A DNA stretch of 64,000 nt from Prasinococcaceae sp. CCMP 1430 (taxonomy: Eukaryota > Plantae > Prasinodermophyta): contig RQSC01000026.1 in assembly GCA_013416795.1 (NCBI GenBank), forward strand, positions 321,586 to 385,585, given 5' to 3'. The translations under genes and the position numbers were made by a program. Shown here piece by piece: positions 32,173 through 44,338 of this stretch (its first letter is position 1; the number at the start of each line of letters is the position of its first letter). Below the pieces are notes generated by a model that did no database searches, had not been told where the DNA came from, and saw nothing but the letters and a program-made list of their open reading frames with translations.

Positions 32173-35100
32173 ATGATGGACCGCCTCTGGACCGCCGCAG
32201 AGCTGCACTCGAAGGTCAAGGTGCGTGGGCGCGCCGTGGGCGCTCGGGCACGCACCACCGTGCGCCGGGCGGAACTGATCGGCGCCACCTGGCAGGCGAG
32301 CAGCGCTGACTCGTGCACAGTCTGGCAAGCTCCTTGACGAGCACCAGGTGCGCGCCAATCCGATCAAGGCGTCAGAGTGTGGTGTTGGGAGCATAATGCT
32401 CGCCGGACTCACGAGCGTACGAGCTGCGCGCGGCGACTGGGTGGAGGTGGGGGAGCTCATCGCAGAGCTGAAGGCGCTGTGCCGCAAGGGCGCTAACTCC
32501 GCAGGTGTGACGTCGGCCGCCAAGGCTGCAGCGGCAGGGGGCGCGGTGGACACAGACCACCACCAGAGTGAGCGAGAGAAACAACAGCACTTACGCCCGA
32601 AAGTTGCGCATGGGCAAGGCAGGGACGAAACGACCTCGCAGGCTTCGCAGCTGCCCAGCGTCGTGCCGGCGCCCGTATCAGCGCCCGCAGCGAGGCAGGT
32701 CGCTACGCCATCTGGCCCGGAATCGACGAGCGAGCGAAGCAAGCAGGCGGCGCCTGCGCAGCCGGCGCCGACAATACTTGCGGTGGCGACTTCAAAACTG
32801 CCTGCCCCGCCGCCTCCGCCAACATCCGCGGCCTCAAAGCTTCCGGAGCCGCCGCAGCCCCCGCCTACTTCAGGTATTCGGGAGGCGCCGGTGCAGCAAC
32901 AGCCAAAGCAGCCACTGCAGCATCAAACACGCGAATATTGGGGACGCGACCAACGGGACGCGAGCCAGTCGTACGCATGGGTGCCGCCACGCGGGGACGA
33001 TGCACGCCGCAATGCCCATTTCGGGGATCGGGGTGAGCGGGAACGAGAAAGTGCGCAACGACCCACCGATGGGGGCTGGCAGGGAGGTGACTCCCTGCGC
33101 GGGCGAGCGCGTGAGCACGCAAGTATCGAGGACTACGCAGATCGCCGTCCGCTTGCGCATTTGCACGTGCGGCCACCCACTTATGGACCTCCGCCCGCAG
33201 GTGATCACGCCCGTCATGAGGCTGCTGAGTATGGCCGGCCTCACGAGCGCCCGCCGCTCTACGCGAGAAATTTTGGACGCCAGCATGCTCACCACCAATC
33301 CGAGGCACGGAGGCCTGCACATGGTGACCCTGCGTACCGTCCCGAAACTTATAATCATGAGGCGGCGCGCTATCGACATCACGCTCAAGCTCGCATTGGC
33401 AGGCCTGGTTCGAGTCGAGGGCGCTATGAAGACAGGTACGACTCGGGGGCTCCACACCACGTCGCGCCCGCGCGTGGGCCGCACGAGCTCGAGGAGCTGA
33501 GTGGCGGCCACCCACGCTGGGCGCACGAGCGGGCGCCCCCTCGTGCGCACGATGGTCAGGAGCACGCATGCGCTGGCGGGCGTGGACGAGAGCATGCGGC
33601 GCCCGCTCATGGCAGTCAGTCGGACCGAGGGCGTCCTGAAGTGGGTGATAGGTACGGCCAAGAGTTGGGATCGTATCACATCGGCAGCAGGCATGCAGTT
33701 GGCAAACGTGAACGCGACTGGGATCACGTTCGTATCGACGAGCAGACGCGGGCGCGAGCCCCTCCAGCTAAGAGACCCGCTGGCGAGCCTTCGAGCGCGC
33801 AACCGCCTGGCGTGGTGGACAATCGACAGCACATCCCAGGTCCGGCGCCCGCGCCCGCGCCGCTCGGCGAGCGGGTGAAACACGTGGAAACCAATGTTAG
33901 CAAGCAGGGAATGTACGGCGCGCTACCGGCGATTCCGAACATACAGCGGACAGAGAAGAGCTTCACGCTTGAGCACTGGCGCGTCGGAGACAAGCCCGAA
34001 CATTCAAGCATGTCGGTCGTTGGCATTTGCGCGCTACTTGCAGAGGGTGCTGCGCCCTTCCATGGCAGCACGCCAGTTGCTCCACTCGCCACGTGCGACT
34101 CGCGCTTCGCCGCGAAGGTTTTTGCCGACGGATCGAACGTCGCGGCGCTGCTGCAACACGCGGAGAAGCTTGCAAAGCTACTCGACGAGGCGGACGCCTC
34201 CATTTTTCCGACACCCGGGGCGACAGACAAGACTCGTGGCGACCAGCGGCAGGTGATGCACAAGCGAGGGAGCGAGGCATGCTCAGAAGGCCCAAAAACG
34301 GACGCCACTGACGTGCCAACACAAACGCGTGGCGTCAGTCAAGAGCGAGGCGAGGCGCAGCAATCTGACGATGAGACTGTTCTCGAGATCGTCGATGCAA
34401 CTTCAGCAGAGGAAGATATACACACGGATGCTTCCGACACGCCGGTTACAGCAGACACGGTCGAGTCGGCCGCGGCCGCGTGCTTGGACGCACTGTCTGA
34501 CACGGCGCTGAAGGAACTGACGTACAAACAGATCCAACCACTCGTGCTCGCTCACCTCGGTGGAAAGTGTGATCGTGCCAAGCTCAGACCTTTCAAAAGT
34601 GTGGTGAAGAATGCGATGATGCGTGCGTACAACGACCGCGTTGCCGTGCTTGATGACGTAGACCATGAGGAAGAAGCGCAGGCTGAGACAGAAGCGGAGA
34701 CGGAGGTAGATATGGAGGAGCTCCGGAATAGTGGCTCCGAGGTGAAGCTTTCGGAGGCAACCAAGAAACAAAGGTCCTCGAGGGAGGTATCGGTGGCTGA
34801 CCCTTCCCACACCATCGTGCCAACGCCTGTGCCCGTAGCACCCAGTGGCAATTGGAGCTGCATGATGTGCACGTTGGAGAACGATGCCGGGAGCAGGAAG
34901 TGCTTTGCCTGCGGCGCGCGGCGGCCGCGTTTTGTTGCGCCAACAGGCGTGGCAGCGCCTGATGTCCAAACTGGCCCGCGCGCGCGCACGCCCCAACAAC
35001 CGGGCCAAGGGGCACACAAGGTCAAAGACAAGCCGAGCAAAAGCGTGAGCAAGATCTCGAAGGGTACGAGTGCTCGCGCAGGGTCGCGCAAGGGGGCTGC

Positions 35101-36856
35101 AAAAACCGGGAAGGGGGCCGCTCCTTCAAAGGCCACAGCCGAAAGCAAGGGTGTGACCGCTGCGAAGACTTCGATGGTGCCGTTGAGCGAGGTGGTTTGG
35201 GATCTGGCGCCTCCTACGTTGCCCGTCGAAGACGACGCCGAGGTGTCAAGAGCTGCCAAACGTGGGAAGGGGCCCGCTCCTGCGAAGTCCACATCCAAAC
35301 TGAGGGGCAAAGCCTCTGCAAAGACTTCATCGGCGCCGCTGTGCGACGTCGTTTGGGATCTGGCGCCTCCTGCGTTGCCTGTCGAAGACGAGGGCGCTGG
35401 CAACGACGGCCACGCGCGTGGCGGGAGCGGAAGGAGCAACGACTACGGCGGCGCTGGCGGCGATGCCGACGGTGACCAGGGTGTGTCAGATTCCTCTGAC
35501 GAGGAGCTGTCCGAGTTCAAACGCGCGATGCAGCGTGACATTCCGCGGGGCTGGTGGCGCAACTTCGAGAGTGCGGAGGCGATGAGCAGCTACGTGCGCG
35601 GCTTGTTGGGCGAGGACAGATGGCACGTGAGCGCAAAGACGGGCCCCAAGGGCAATCCGACATTCGTGTGCAAGCACACGATCGGCTGCCACGTTTTCAC
35701 GTCGCTCACTGAGGCGCTCTATGTCAACCATGTACACGTCAAAAGAGTATCGCGCGCTTGGGAGGGGCGGCATGTTCTGGTATACTGGTCCAACGATGAC
35801 AAGTGGTACGCTGGATGGCTCACGAATCTCGAGGGCACAGTGGCGACCTTCGAGTATGCGGATGGCGATGTTGAGGAGAATATGAATCTCCTCGAGCAGA
35901 CCTTCGTATGGCAGTCTGATTCGCTGGGCAATCCCGAAGAACTCGCCGAAGTGACACCCGAGCTGCAGGCGATCCTGCGAGATGAGCGCGTGAGGGATCG
36001 CAAATTGCGGCGCGAGGAGCGCCGGCGCCGGCGCGCGGGCGCTGACGTCGCGCAGGTAGCCGACGAAATCAGGGCGGCGGCGGTCGTGGCCGAAGACGAT
36101 GCGGCGCCTTCCTCTCCGCCTGGCTGTGCGCGGTTGATGCCGCTGCGCTGGCGCAACGTGGCCACCACGCGACGGGTGCCTGATGGCGCGCCGCCCTCCT
36201 ACCCTCCGCAGAGCAACACCGCGGCGGACTCGCAGCGCCAGGCACGGAGGCGAGAGCTGAAGGGTCTGTCCGACCCGCGGTTCAAGGCCAAGGTAACGCA
36301 CGCCGCGGTGGCGTCGTCGCGCGAAGCGCGCGCGTCGATGCGCGCCACGCAGGGCCTGCTTGCCGCCAACGGGGAGTGGGGTGAGGGACTCGCGAGCGAG
36401 CTCGCCATCAACCTCGGCCGCCGAGAGAAGTATCTGCTCCTTCGTCGCTCGCCCATTCACGACTTCGGAGTGGTTGCCGGCGAGTTCATCGCCGCGAACG
36501 AATTCGTCGTCGAGTATGTGGGCGAGACCGTGGGTAAGGTGGTGTCCAACCTGCGCGAGCGGGCGTACGAACTCTCGGGCCTGGGTTCGTTCTACCTCTT
36601 CGGCGTGGACACTGACTACGTCATCGATGCTACGCGTGTGGGCACCATAGCGCGCTACATCAATCACTCGTGCGAGCCGAATTGCGTCAGCCGGATCGTG
36701 CGTTCGGATGGCACCTGCAAGGTTGCGCTGTACGCCAAGAGCGACATCAACCCCGGCGAAGAGCTCTGCTACGACTACAAACTCAACTACGAGGAGGGGG
36801 AGGACCGCATCCCTTGCATGTGCGGCGCGAAAACGTGCAGGGGCTGGCTCAACTGA
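32173..36856 (+). CDS. SET1/ATXR7-type histone H3K4 methyltransferase; intron 32221-32347; start uncertain
   Basis: SPIHDFG, EYVGE, ARYINHSCEPNC, EELCYDY, post-SET CMCGAKTCRGWLN; Win-like GCAR; RanBP2 zinc finger WSCMMCTLEN..CFACG; Tudor-like VYWSNDDKWYAG..YADGDVE. Confidence 0.92.
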
Positions 36857-37052
36857 GGGGCGTGATAATACTGTACTGTACACTCACAAGGCGGTGCCAG
36901 GCGCGCACGCCGCTCGGCGACGTCCGTCGCGCCCCTCCTGGCGAGCGCGTCCAAACGGTGCTGCACAACGCCCCACTTTTCGCGCACGGGTGTTCTGCGA
37001 GCGCGCTGACCACACCGCGCGCGGGGCGCGACTCGAGGCCAGGGGAGGGGAA

Positions 37053-37802
37053 ATGGCCGATGGCGCACTTAGAGTGACGCTCGCCGGCGCGGCGCCGCTC
37101 GCACTGCTGCACGGCGCGCTGCCGTCGCATTGGCTGCCCTTTGCCGCCGTCGCGCGGGCGCAGCGGTGGCCTCTGCGCCGCGCGCTCGGTGTGACAGCAA
37201 TCGGCGCTGCCGCACACGTCGCCGCGACCGCCGCGCTCGGCGCCGCCGCCGCGGTCTTCGCTGGCGCGGCGCTCGGCGAGGAGTTCGTCACGCGGTTGGC
37301 TTCGCTCACGCTCATTGCGCTCGGCGGACGCTACCTTTATGCCCACGCGCGCGCCAAGCCGAGCGACAAGCGCGCATGCTGTGCCGGACATTCGCATGGT
37401 GGCGCGCACTCACATTCACTCCTACCGCTCGACGAGAAGGCTGGCAATGAGAGCGCGCAGGTGGACGACTGGTCGGCGATGCTCGGCGTGGTGGCTGTGC
37501 CAGCGCTCTCCCCGTGCGCGACCACTCTGCCGGTCTTTTTTGCAGCAGCCGAGTCTGGCCCACTCGCTGTTGCCGCGCTTACATTGATGATGTTCGCTGG
37601 CGCTGCAGCGGCGATGTGCGGCCTGGTGGGCGCGACTCTCGTGGGCATTAGCACCGTTCGCACGCGCTGGATCGAAAGGAACGACAGGCTCGTCGTCGGC
37701 GCGTGCCTGCTAATCATCGGCATCGCCATGTTGCTGCTGCCTCACGACCACGGCCACGACCACGGCCACCACCACCATGACGACCACGACCAAGCGCGCT
37801 GA
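37053..37802 (+). CDS. His-rich membrane protein, NicO/RcnA-like Ni/Co transporter
   Basis: LLHGALPSHWLPF, ALSPCATTLPVF, about 6 TM helices, His-rich loop and tail. Confidence 0.8.
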   Translation: MADGALRVTLAGAAPLALLHGALPSHWLPFAAVARAQRWPLRRALGVTAIGAAAHVAATAALGAAAAVFAGAALGEEFVTRLASLTLIALGGRYLYAHARAKPSDKRACCAGHSHGGAHSHSLLPLDEKAGNESAQVDDWSAMLGVVAVPALSPCATTLPVFFAAAESGPLAVAALTLMMFAGAAAAMCGLVGATLVGISTVRTRWIERNDRLVVGACLLIIGIAMLLLPHDHGHDHGHHHHDDHDQAR

Positions 37803-38317
37803 GAAGCTCCGCGGGCCGCGCCGTCGGAAGGTCGCGCTGTACAACCACCGTATCATAGCTGTATTACCCCCTCTTACCGTCTCGCGGCGTAGGGTGCTCG
37901 CTAGCAGACGAGGCGCGAGAGCGCGTGTGCATGGGTCGGCGTGGGCGTGTGCGCAGACCATGCCGTGCTCTGCACCTTTTTGCATACGCCCATCTGTGGA
38001 AACCCTTTCCCGAGATCATGAGTAGAATGCGTGCAATTTGTGCAGATGCGTCTGTACCGTAATAATCATCTTACTGTACTGTAAACCTTAACTTAACTCG
38101 TTCCCCCGCCAAACGGGCGCGCGCGCGTCCTCGCTGGCCGGCGCAGCGCGCCCTCGAGGCCTGCCTCCAGCACTGCGCCAGACAGCGAGCGTCGAGGTGA
38201 CCTCGGCGGCGCGGCGTGCCCCGGCGCGCGCGCGCGCGTCACACGCGCACCTGCGGACCTCGCGCCGCCGGTCTCATCCTCTCAGACTTGTCCGCCCCCA
38301 CCTCCGCCCCCCCTTCC

Positions 38318-39394
38318 ATGTTCGCTGTGGCGGGCAGGTGGGCGGGCACCAGGCGGTCCGTGATGGCGCGACGCGTGCTCGCGCTCGCGTTCGGGCTCGC
38401 GGCCGTTGCCGCGCACGTGACCGCGCGCGCCGCTGCAGAAGGCAGAAGCGACGGCGGAGCGGACGGCTGGACGCCGCCGGCGCTCAACAACGCGACGGTA
38501 CTCGCAGCGCTGCGCCGGCCAGTGCTCACGCCACCTGCAGAGGTCGATCCGAGTGATCCCTACCAGCGCGATTGGCCCACAGATGCGCTACACACGCCCG
38601 CTGGCACCGTTTGCGGCGTGCGTATCGCGCGCGGTTGCGCAACGTACGAGCTGCGCACGTTCGCCGGGGCAGCCGGAGCGGGCGATGCAGAGGCTGCGGG
38701 CTTCCACGTCACGCACGCGGGAAGATGCGGCACATGCTCTTCACTTGAGGACCTCGCGGCGTACATTGAGTATCACGACATGACAACGCCTGTGCGCGCG
38801 TGTGCCATCCAAGATATCGCAGGGGAAATGGCGGCGGGCATCGACTGCCTGCGTGAGCTTGGTATGACGCTTGCGTGCGCGCACACGTGGCGCGCCAACT
38901 CACGCAACACGCGCGAGAACTGCCTCGACGTGTGCATGCAGGCCCTTCTTGAGCAATGGCCCAACAACAACCCCGACGGTTCACTCAACGCCTGCCTGCA
39001 ATGCGACGAGGATGAGAGCGGCCCGATCTTCAAGGTAGAAGCTGGTCGCACGCGCCGCGGCTCGGGGCTCGCATCCGCCATCGAGCGTACCGCAACCGAA
39101 ATGGCGAGGCTGCGGCACGGGTATTGGGAGGAGTGCGACCCAGGCCGGCTCTTCGGCGATGGCGATGACGCTAAGGGCGGGGCCAAGAAGGAGAAGAGCA
39201 AGACGGAGAAGAGCAAGAGGGAGAAGAGCAAGAAGGGGAAGAAGAAGAAGAAGTCAAAGAAGTCGAAGAAGCTGAGCAAGAAGCAGGTGAAGAAGCTGTG
39301 CAAGAGGGCCAAGTCCAAGAAGGCGTGCAAGGCGGGCGACGCCAGGAAGCACTGCGCCTTCAGCAAGCGGAAGGGCTGCGAGCCCACCAAGTAG
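38318..39394 (+). CDS. Putative secreted Cys-rich protein with Lys-rich C-terminal tail
   Basis: Signal-peptide-like RRVLALAFGLAAVAA; HAGRCGTCS, LNACLQCDE..SGP.FK..AGRTRR; alternative ATG at 38363. Confidence 0.75.
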   Translation: MFAVAGRWAGTRRSVMARRVLALAFGLAAVAAHVTARAAAEGRSDGGADGWTPPALNNATVLAALRRPVLTPPAEVDPSDPYQRDWPTDALHTPAGTVCGVRIARGCATYELRTFAGAAGAGDAEAAGFHVTHAGRCGTCSSLEDLAAYIEYHDMTTPVRACAIQDIAGEMAAGIDCLRELGMTLACAHTWRANSRNTRENCLDVCMQALLEQWPNNNPDGSLNACLQCDEDESGPIFKVEAGRTRRGSGLASAIERTATEMARLRHGYWEECDPGRLFGDGDDAKGGAKKEKSKTEKSKREKSKKGKKKKKSKKSKKLSKKQVKKLCKRAKSKKACKAGDARKHCAFSKRKGCEPTK

Positions 39395-39796
39395 CCGCAC
39401 GATCCGTTCGCGGATGCGAGGGCGCTGCGCACGCACGTCACAGAAGAACACACGCACCCTCGTCCGCCCGGTGGCGCTGTGGTGTCGCTGTCGCTGTCGT
39501 CGTACGCGCGTACGTTGCGTCTGTCGCTCGGCCTAGGGGCTGGGCGTCGGGCGTCAGTTTAGGGTTGTAATATTAGGGTTAATATTGAGGAGATGCGTAC
39601 GGACACAGTACCTCAGAGAGTTCCCCGCGGGCCGCTGAGCGCACGAGCGCACGAGCTCAGCGAGGTGCGCGCTCCCTTCTCGCGCGCCACAGGTGCGCGC
39701 ACGCGCGCGGCGACGGCCGCCGCCGCCGCCAAAGGCGCCCTGCTCCCTGCACGCGGCGCCCGGAGAGGGCGGTGCCCTGCGCCGCGGGGCCGCGGC

Positions 39797-41277
39797 ATGC
39801 GCGCGCGCCTCAGGGCGGGCGCGGCCGATCCGAGCCGCAGCGTCATCGAGCGCGCAGCCGAGGAGGCGGTGCTGCGCTTCCAGCTGGACTGCGACCGCGA
39901 TACGGACAGCAGTGACGGCGAGGGCGCCGGCAGAGCGGGGCTGGGCGCGTGTCAGTCGGGCGCTGGGTTGAGCCAACGTGTGGAAGAGGCCGCCCGAGCG
40001 CATGGGTCGTCGGAGGCTCCCGCCTCTGGCACGGTGGCGAGCGTGGCGTCGCCTCCGCGGCGCTGGCCGAGCAGGCGCCTCGCAGGGGCGGGCTTTGCTG
40101 CATCTGCCTCCAAGGACTCGTACGTCGACCGCCTCGTCGCGCGCGAGATCGAGCAGGCGCGGGCGAGCGCCGACGAGTCTGCCCGCAGCGCCACGAGGCT
40201 GCGTGCACGGGCCGACCAGCTGCGGCGCGAGGCTGCGCAGCTCGTCGTCGGCTCGCATGGCCGAGAGCGCGCCTGCAAGGACTCGGCTGCCACCGGTCGG
40301 GGCCAAAGGCTGTGCGCGCGACGCATGACCGAACGCGAGCTCGGCGCGGCCTTTGAGTGGATGCGCCTGGACCAAACCTTACCAGCGGCTAGCGCGGTGC
40401 GCTTCTGGGACAAAGCCGCAGAGTCACTCATGGAGCTCTTCGAGGGCGACGCGGCTGCCGCGGCCGCGGCGAAGAGCAGGGCGGGCGGTGGCTCCGCTCC
40501 GTCGCCCCCTCAGCGTTTGTACGGATACTTCAACGCCGATGGCGGCGCCAATGCCGTGCCGCTGGGCTTTGCCGCGCTCAAGGTCGACGGCGCCTCCGTC
40601 GACGTGATGGGGGTGCGAGTCGACGCGCGAGGGGGCGGTGTGGGGCAGGCCATCGTTGAGCATCTGCTTGAGCTGGCCAACGGGCGTGCGCTGAGGATGC
40701 GCGAGGAGCAGGTGCGCGCGCGATGCGTCGCCAAGCGCCTGTTGCTCCAGACAGCAGACTCTTTCTCTGCGCGCGTGTGAGTTGCTGACGCCTTCGCACA
40801 CCTCTGGACCCGCCGTAACTGCGTTGCGCGCAGCGTCAACGCAGTCAACACGCAGGCGGCGGCGACGGCGACGATGGTGGCAGCGACAGCGATGATGAAC
40901 GCGCGAGGTTGCGGCACTCACTCGCCGAGCCACCACGCCAGTATGTGCTCGACTCCATCCCGTCGGCGCTGGGATTCTGGAAGGTTCGAATTGCCCAGTG
41001 GTCGTGCGCGCCACGCCGCAGGCGCGTGGGATGTGAGCGTGCCGCACTTGCGGCGCTGTCCGCGCATGCTAACGCGCGTGCTGCGTCCGCGCCCCTCCCG
41101 CGTGCGCGCGCGCCATCCCAGGCGATGGGCTTCACCGAGCAGGCGCTCGAGGATGTCGACCCCGAGACGAGAGTACTCGCCAAGTTCAGCGGCGACACAC
41201 GGATGATCAAGACGCTTCCATGGGCGGCTGCCGAAGACCGTCGAAGCGCGCGTGAGAATGCCCGACACGCAGCGTAG
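39797..41277 (+). CDS. GNAT-family acetyltransferase; introns 40712-40833 and 40984-41121
   Basis: Motif A VRVDARGGGVGQAIV; splicing restores motif B SALGFWK|AMGF; CTGAC and CTAAC branch sites. Confidence 0.7.
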
Positions 41278-41571
41278 CCGAGGCGAGTGACCAGGGCACT
41301 CATAGCGACGTAATACAGTAGCAACGTGAAGACGATCCGATTGCGCGCGTGTGTTGCAGCGCGTGCGTTCTTTGAGAGTGTTCAAAATTATTTACAGGTA
41401 CAGGTGTACGTGTACATCACAAGTGTCGGGTGCACGCTGCGTATAGTGGGTCGCATGCCCCTGTGCAGAGGATGTCGGGATCGTCGCCACCGCTGGGTGG
41501 CGCGTTCATGTAGTGTACAACATTGGCGTGGCTTGGGCGACGCGCGAATCGGCACGCCGCCAGCCCCACCC

Positions 41572-43150
41572 TCAGGCGATGGGCCACGGGGGGGCGCATG
41601 GTCGCTGCAGCTCGGCGAAAGGGTCCTCGTCGTCGTCATCGGCGTCGACCTCGAACTCCCCCCGCGCGCGCTTGCGCAGCGGATGGTTGGCGGTAATCAC
41701 CGCGCGCGAGTGGCACGCCAGCAGGCGGCATGCCACGTGCAAGGTCGCCCAGCGGCGGCGGCACGCCACGCGGCCGCGGACAGCGCGCTCGACGGCCGGC
41801 GGGCCCTGGCATTGCCACAGCCCGCCCGGACCGCGCCTGCTCGAGATGGCCGCTGCGATCACCTTGGCACTGCTAGCGTTGATGCCGCCACCCGTGCCGA
41901 GCGTGAGCGACCGCAGCGTGCATGCGTCGCTCGCGAGGACCTCCGCGAGGCGCCTGGCGCCCGAGTCGCTGATGCGGTTGTTGCTGATCTTGAGCTCCCG
42001 CAGCGGGCACTCCGCGCCCCGGCGCAGCGCCTCGATGAGCGGGCGGGCGCCCTCGGCGCCGAGGCGGTTGCTGCAAACGTCCAGCGAGCGCAGTGCGCAC
42101 GCCCCGCCGGCGAGTGCATCGCCGAGCGCCTCGGCACCCTCCACGCCGATGGCGTTGTTCGCGAGGCTCAGCGAGCGCAGCGCGGACCTCCCGTCGCGCA
42201 GGGCCGCCGCGAGCGCCTCGGCGCCCGCCTCCTCTACGCCGTTGGCGAACAGGTTGAGCTCGTCCAGCACGCACCCGGGGGCGCCCAGCGCGCGCGAGAG
42301 CGCGCGCGCGCCGCTGCACCCCACGCGGTTGAAGGCCAGGTCGAGCGCCCGCAGGCCGCACTCGCCGCTGCCCAGGGCCCCCGCGAGCGCGCGCGCTCCG
42401 CGCGGCCCAACGTCGTTGTCCTCGAGGATTAGCCCCTCCAGCGAGCAGCGGGCGCTCGCGAGCGCCTCGGCCAGCGCGCACGCGCCGCCGTCGCCGATGC
42501 CGTTCTTGGACACCGTGAGGAAGCGCAGCTTGCACGCGCCGCTGCCCAGCGCGCCGGCGAGGGCGAGCGTGCCCTCCTCGCCCAGTCCGTTGTTGGCGAG
42601 CTTGAGGTAGCGCAGCGAGCACCCGTCGCTGCGCAGCGCCCCGGCGAGGACGCGCGCGCCGGTCGGGGTCAGATTGTTGTAGCCGAACACGAACGACTCG
42701 AGCTTGCACTCCCCGCTGCCGAGCGTCGCCGCGAGCGCGTGGACGCCGCCCTCGCTGATGTTGTTCTGGTAGAGGTTGAGCGACCGCAGCGCGCAGCCCT
42801 GGCAGCGCAGCGCGTCGGCGAGCACGCACGCCCCGTCCTCGCCCAGCGCGTTGGCGAACAGGCTCAGCGAGCGCAGCTTGCACTCGCTGCTGCGCAGCGC
42901 CTCGCCGACCGCGCGCGCGCCGACGGCGTCGATGTCGTTGCTGCGCAGCGCGAGCACGCGCAGCGCGCTCACGTCGGTGCGCAGCGCGTCGGCCAGCGCC
43001 AGCACCCCGTCGGCGGCCGTCGGCACCCCGAGCTCCTGCCGCAGGTGCCCGCCGTCCAGGTTGAGGCTCGACTTGGCCTTGACGAGCTGCGCCGCCCTGT
43101 CGCGCGCCTTGTGCCTCGCGGCCGCGGCGAGCTCTGGGCTGACCACTCGC
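41572..43150 (-). CDS. RI-like leucine-rich repeat protein (about 13 repeats of 29-30 aa); start codon not found
   Basis: Repeated LRSLxLxxNxIGxxGAxALAxAL. Confidence 0.85.
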
Positions 43151-43189
43151 CCGCACCAGCAGCCGCGCCGACGCCACCCCCCTCTTCCG

Positions 43190-44218
43190 ATGATGGACTG
43201 CCCGCTCGCGCTCGTCCGCAGCACCTGCGCGCGCGCCGCCTCCAAGCTGGCCCACCTCGTCGCCGTCGACCCCTCCCGCTGCGAGCAGCTCGCGCGAGAC
43301 TTCGTGGACGCCGAGACCGCCTCCTCGCCCGCCAACGACGGCTTGTTCCCCTCCCCACACCACGTCGCCCGTCAGTGGGCGGCCGACGGCATGCACCTCG
43401 TCGACCCCTCAAACCCCGAGCTCACCGCGCGCTGCGTGCTGGTGGTGGACGCGCTCAACTGGTGCTTCTGGCCGGACGGCGAGCTGGAGTACGAGCACCT
43501 CGCGGGTGGCGTCAAGGCGTCCGCCCTCCGCGACCCGTCGCTCGTCTCGCCCGAGCGCCTGGCCACGGCGACCGGCGCCTACGCGCGCGCCCTGCTCTCC
43601 TGGCCGCGCGCGCTGCCCAACGAGGAGGAGCGCGCGCGCCTGCTGCGCGAGCTGGGCGCCGCGCTGCTGGCGCGCTTCGGCGGGTCGGCCGCCGCGCTCG
43701 TGCGCGCATCCGACGGCTCGGCGTCGCGGCTCGTGGCTCTCATCGCGGACGCGCTGCCGGGCTTCCGGGACGCCGCGGTGGACGGCGAGGGCCGGCAGGT
43801 GTTCTTCTACAAGCGCGCGCAGATCGTGGCGGGCGACATGTGGGGGGCGTTCGGCGGGGAGGGCCTCGGCGCGTTCGGCGACATCGCGCGCATCACGACG
43901 TACCCGGACTACCGCGTGCCGCAGAGCCTGCTCGCCGCGGGCGCCATCTCGTACTCGGACGCGCTCATGGCCAAGGTGCGCGCGGGCGAGGAGGTGCGCG
44001 CCGGCAGCGAGGAGGAGATCGCCATCCGCGCGGCGACGGTGGTGGCGGTCGAGGCGGTGCGCGAGGCCGCCTCGCGGCTGCTGGCGGAGAGGGAGGGCGC
44101 CGGCGCGCCGCCGGTGCTGGCGACGCACGTGGACTGGTACCTGTGGAGGTGGGGCGAGGAGCGCCGTGCCGACGCGAAGCTGCCGCCCTTCCACCGGTGC
44201 CGCACGGTGTTCTACTGA
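43190..44218 (+). CDS. QNG1: Queuosine salvage protein (DUF2419; queuosine 5'-phosphate N-glycosylase)
   Basis: VDALNWCFW, FRD, FYKRAQI, DYRVPQ, DWYLW, PFHRCRTVFY. Confidence 0.95.
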   Translation: MMDCPLALVRSTCARAASKLAHLVAVDPSRCEQLARDFVDAETASSPANDGLFPSPHHVARQWAADGMHLVDPSNPELTARCVLVVDALNWCFWPDGELEYEHLAGGVKASALRDPSLVSPERLATATGAYARALLSWPRALPNEEERARLLRELGAALLARFGGSAAALVRASDGSASRLVALIADALPGFRDAAVDGEGRQVFFYKRAQIVAGDMWGAFGGEGLGAFGDIARITTYPDYRVPQSLLAAGAISYSDALMAKVRAGEEVRAGSEEEIAIRAATVVAVEAVREAASRLLAEREGAGAPPVLATHVDWYLWRWGEERRADAKLPPFHRCRTVFY

Positions 44219-44231
44219 CGACGGCAAGCTG

Positions 44232-44338
44232 GCGCCGGTCACGCGTGCGCCGGGTCACGCGTGCGCCGGGTCACGCGTGGGCTGGGTCACGCGTGGGCTG
44301 GGTCACACAGGCTTCGGTCACACAGGCTTCGGTCACAT
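44232..44338. repeat. Short GGTCAC-anchored 16-bp tandem repeats between the convergent QNG1 and RFC2 stops
   Basis: GGTCACGCGTG(C/G)GC(C/T)G x4, GGTCACACAGGCTTC x2. Confidence 0.85.
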
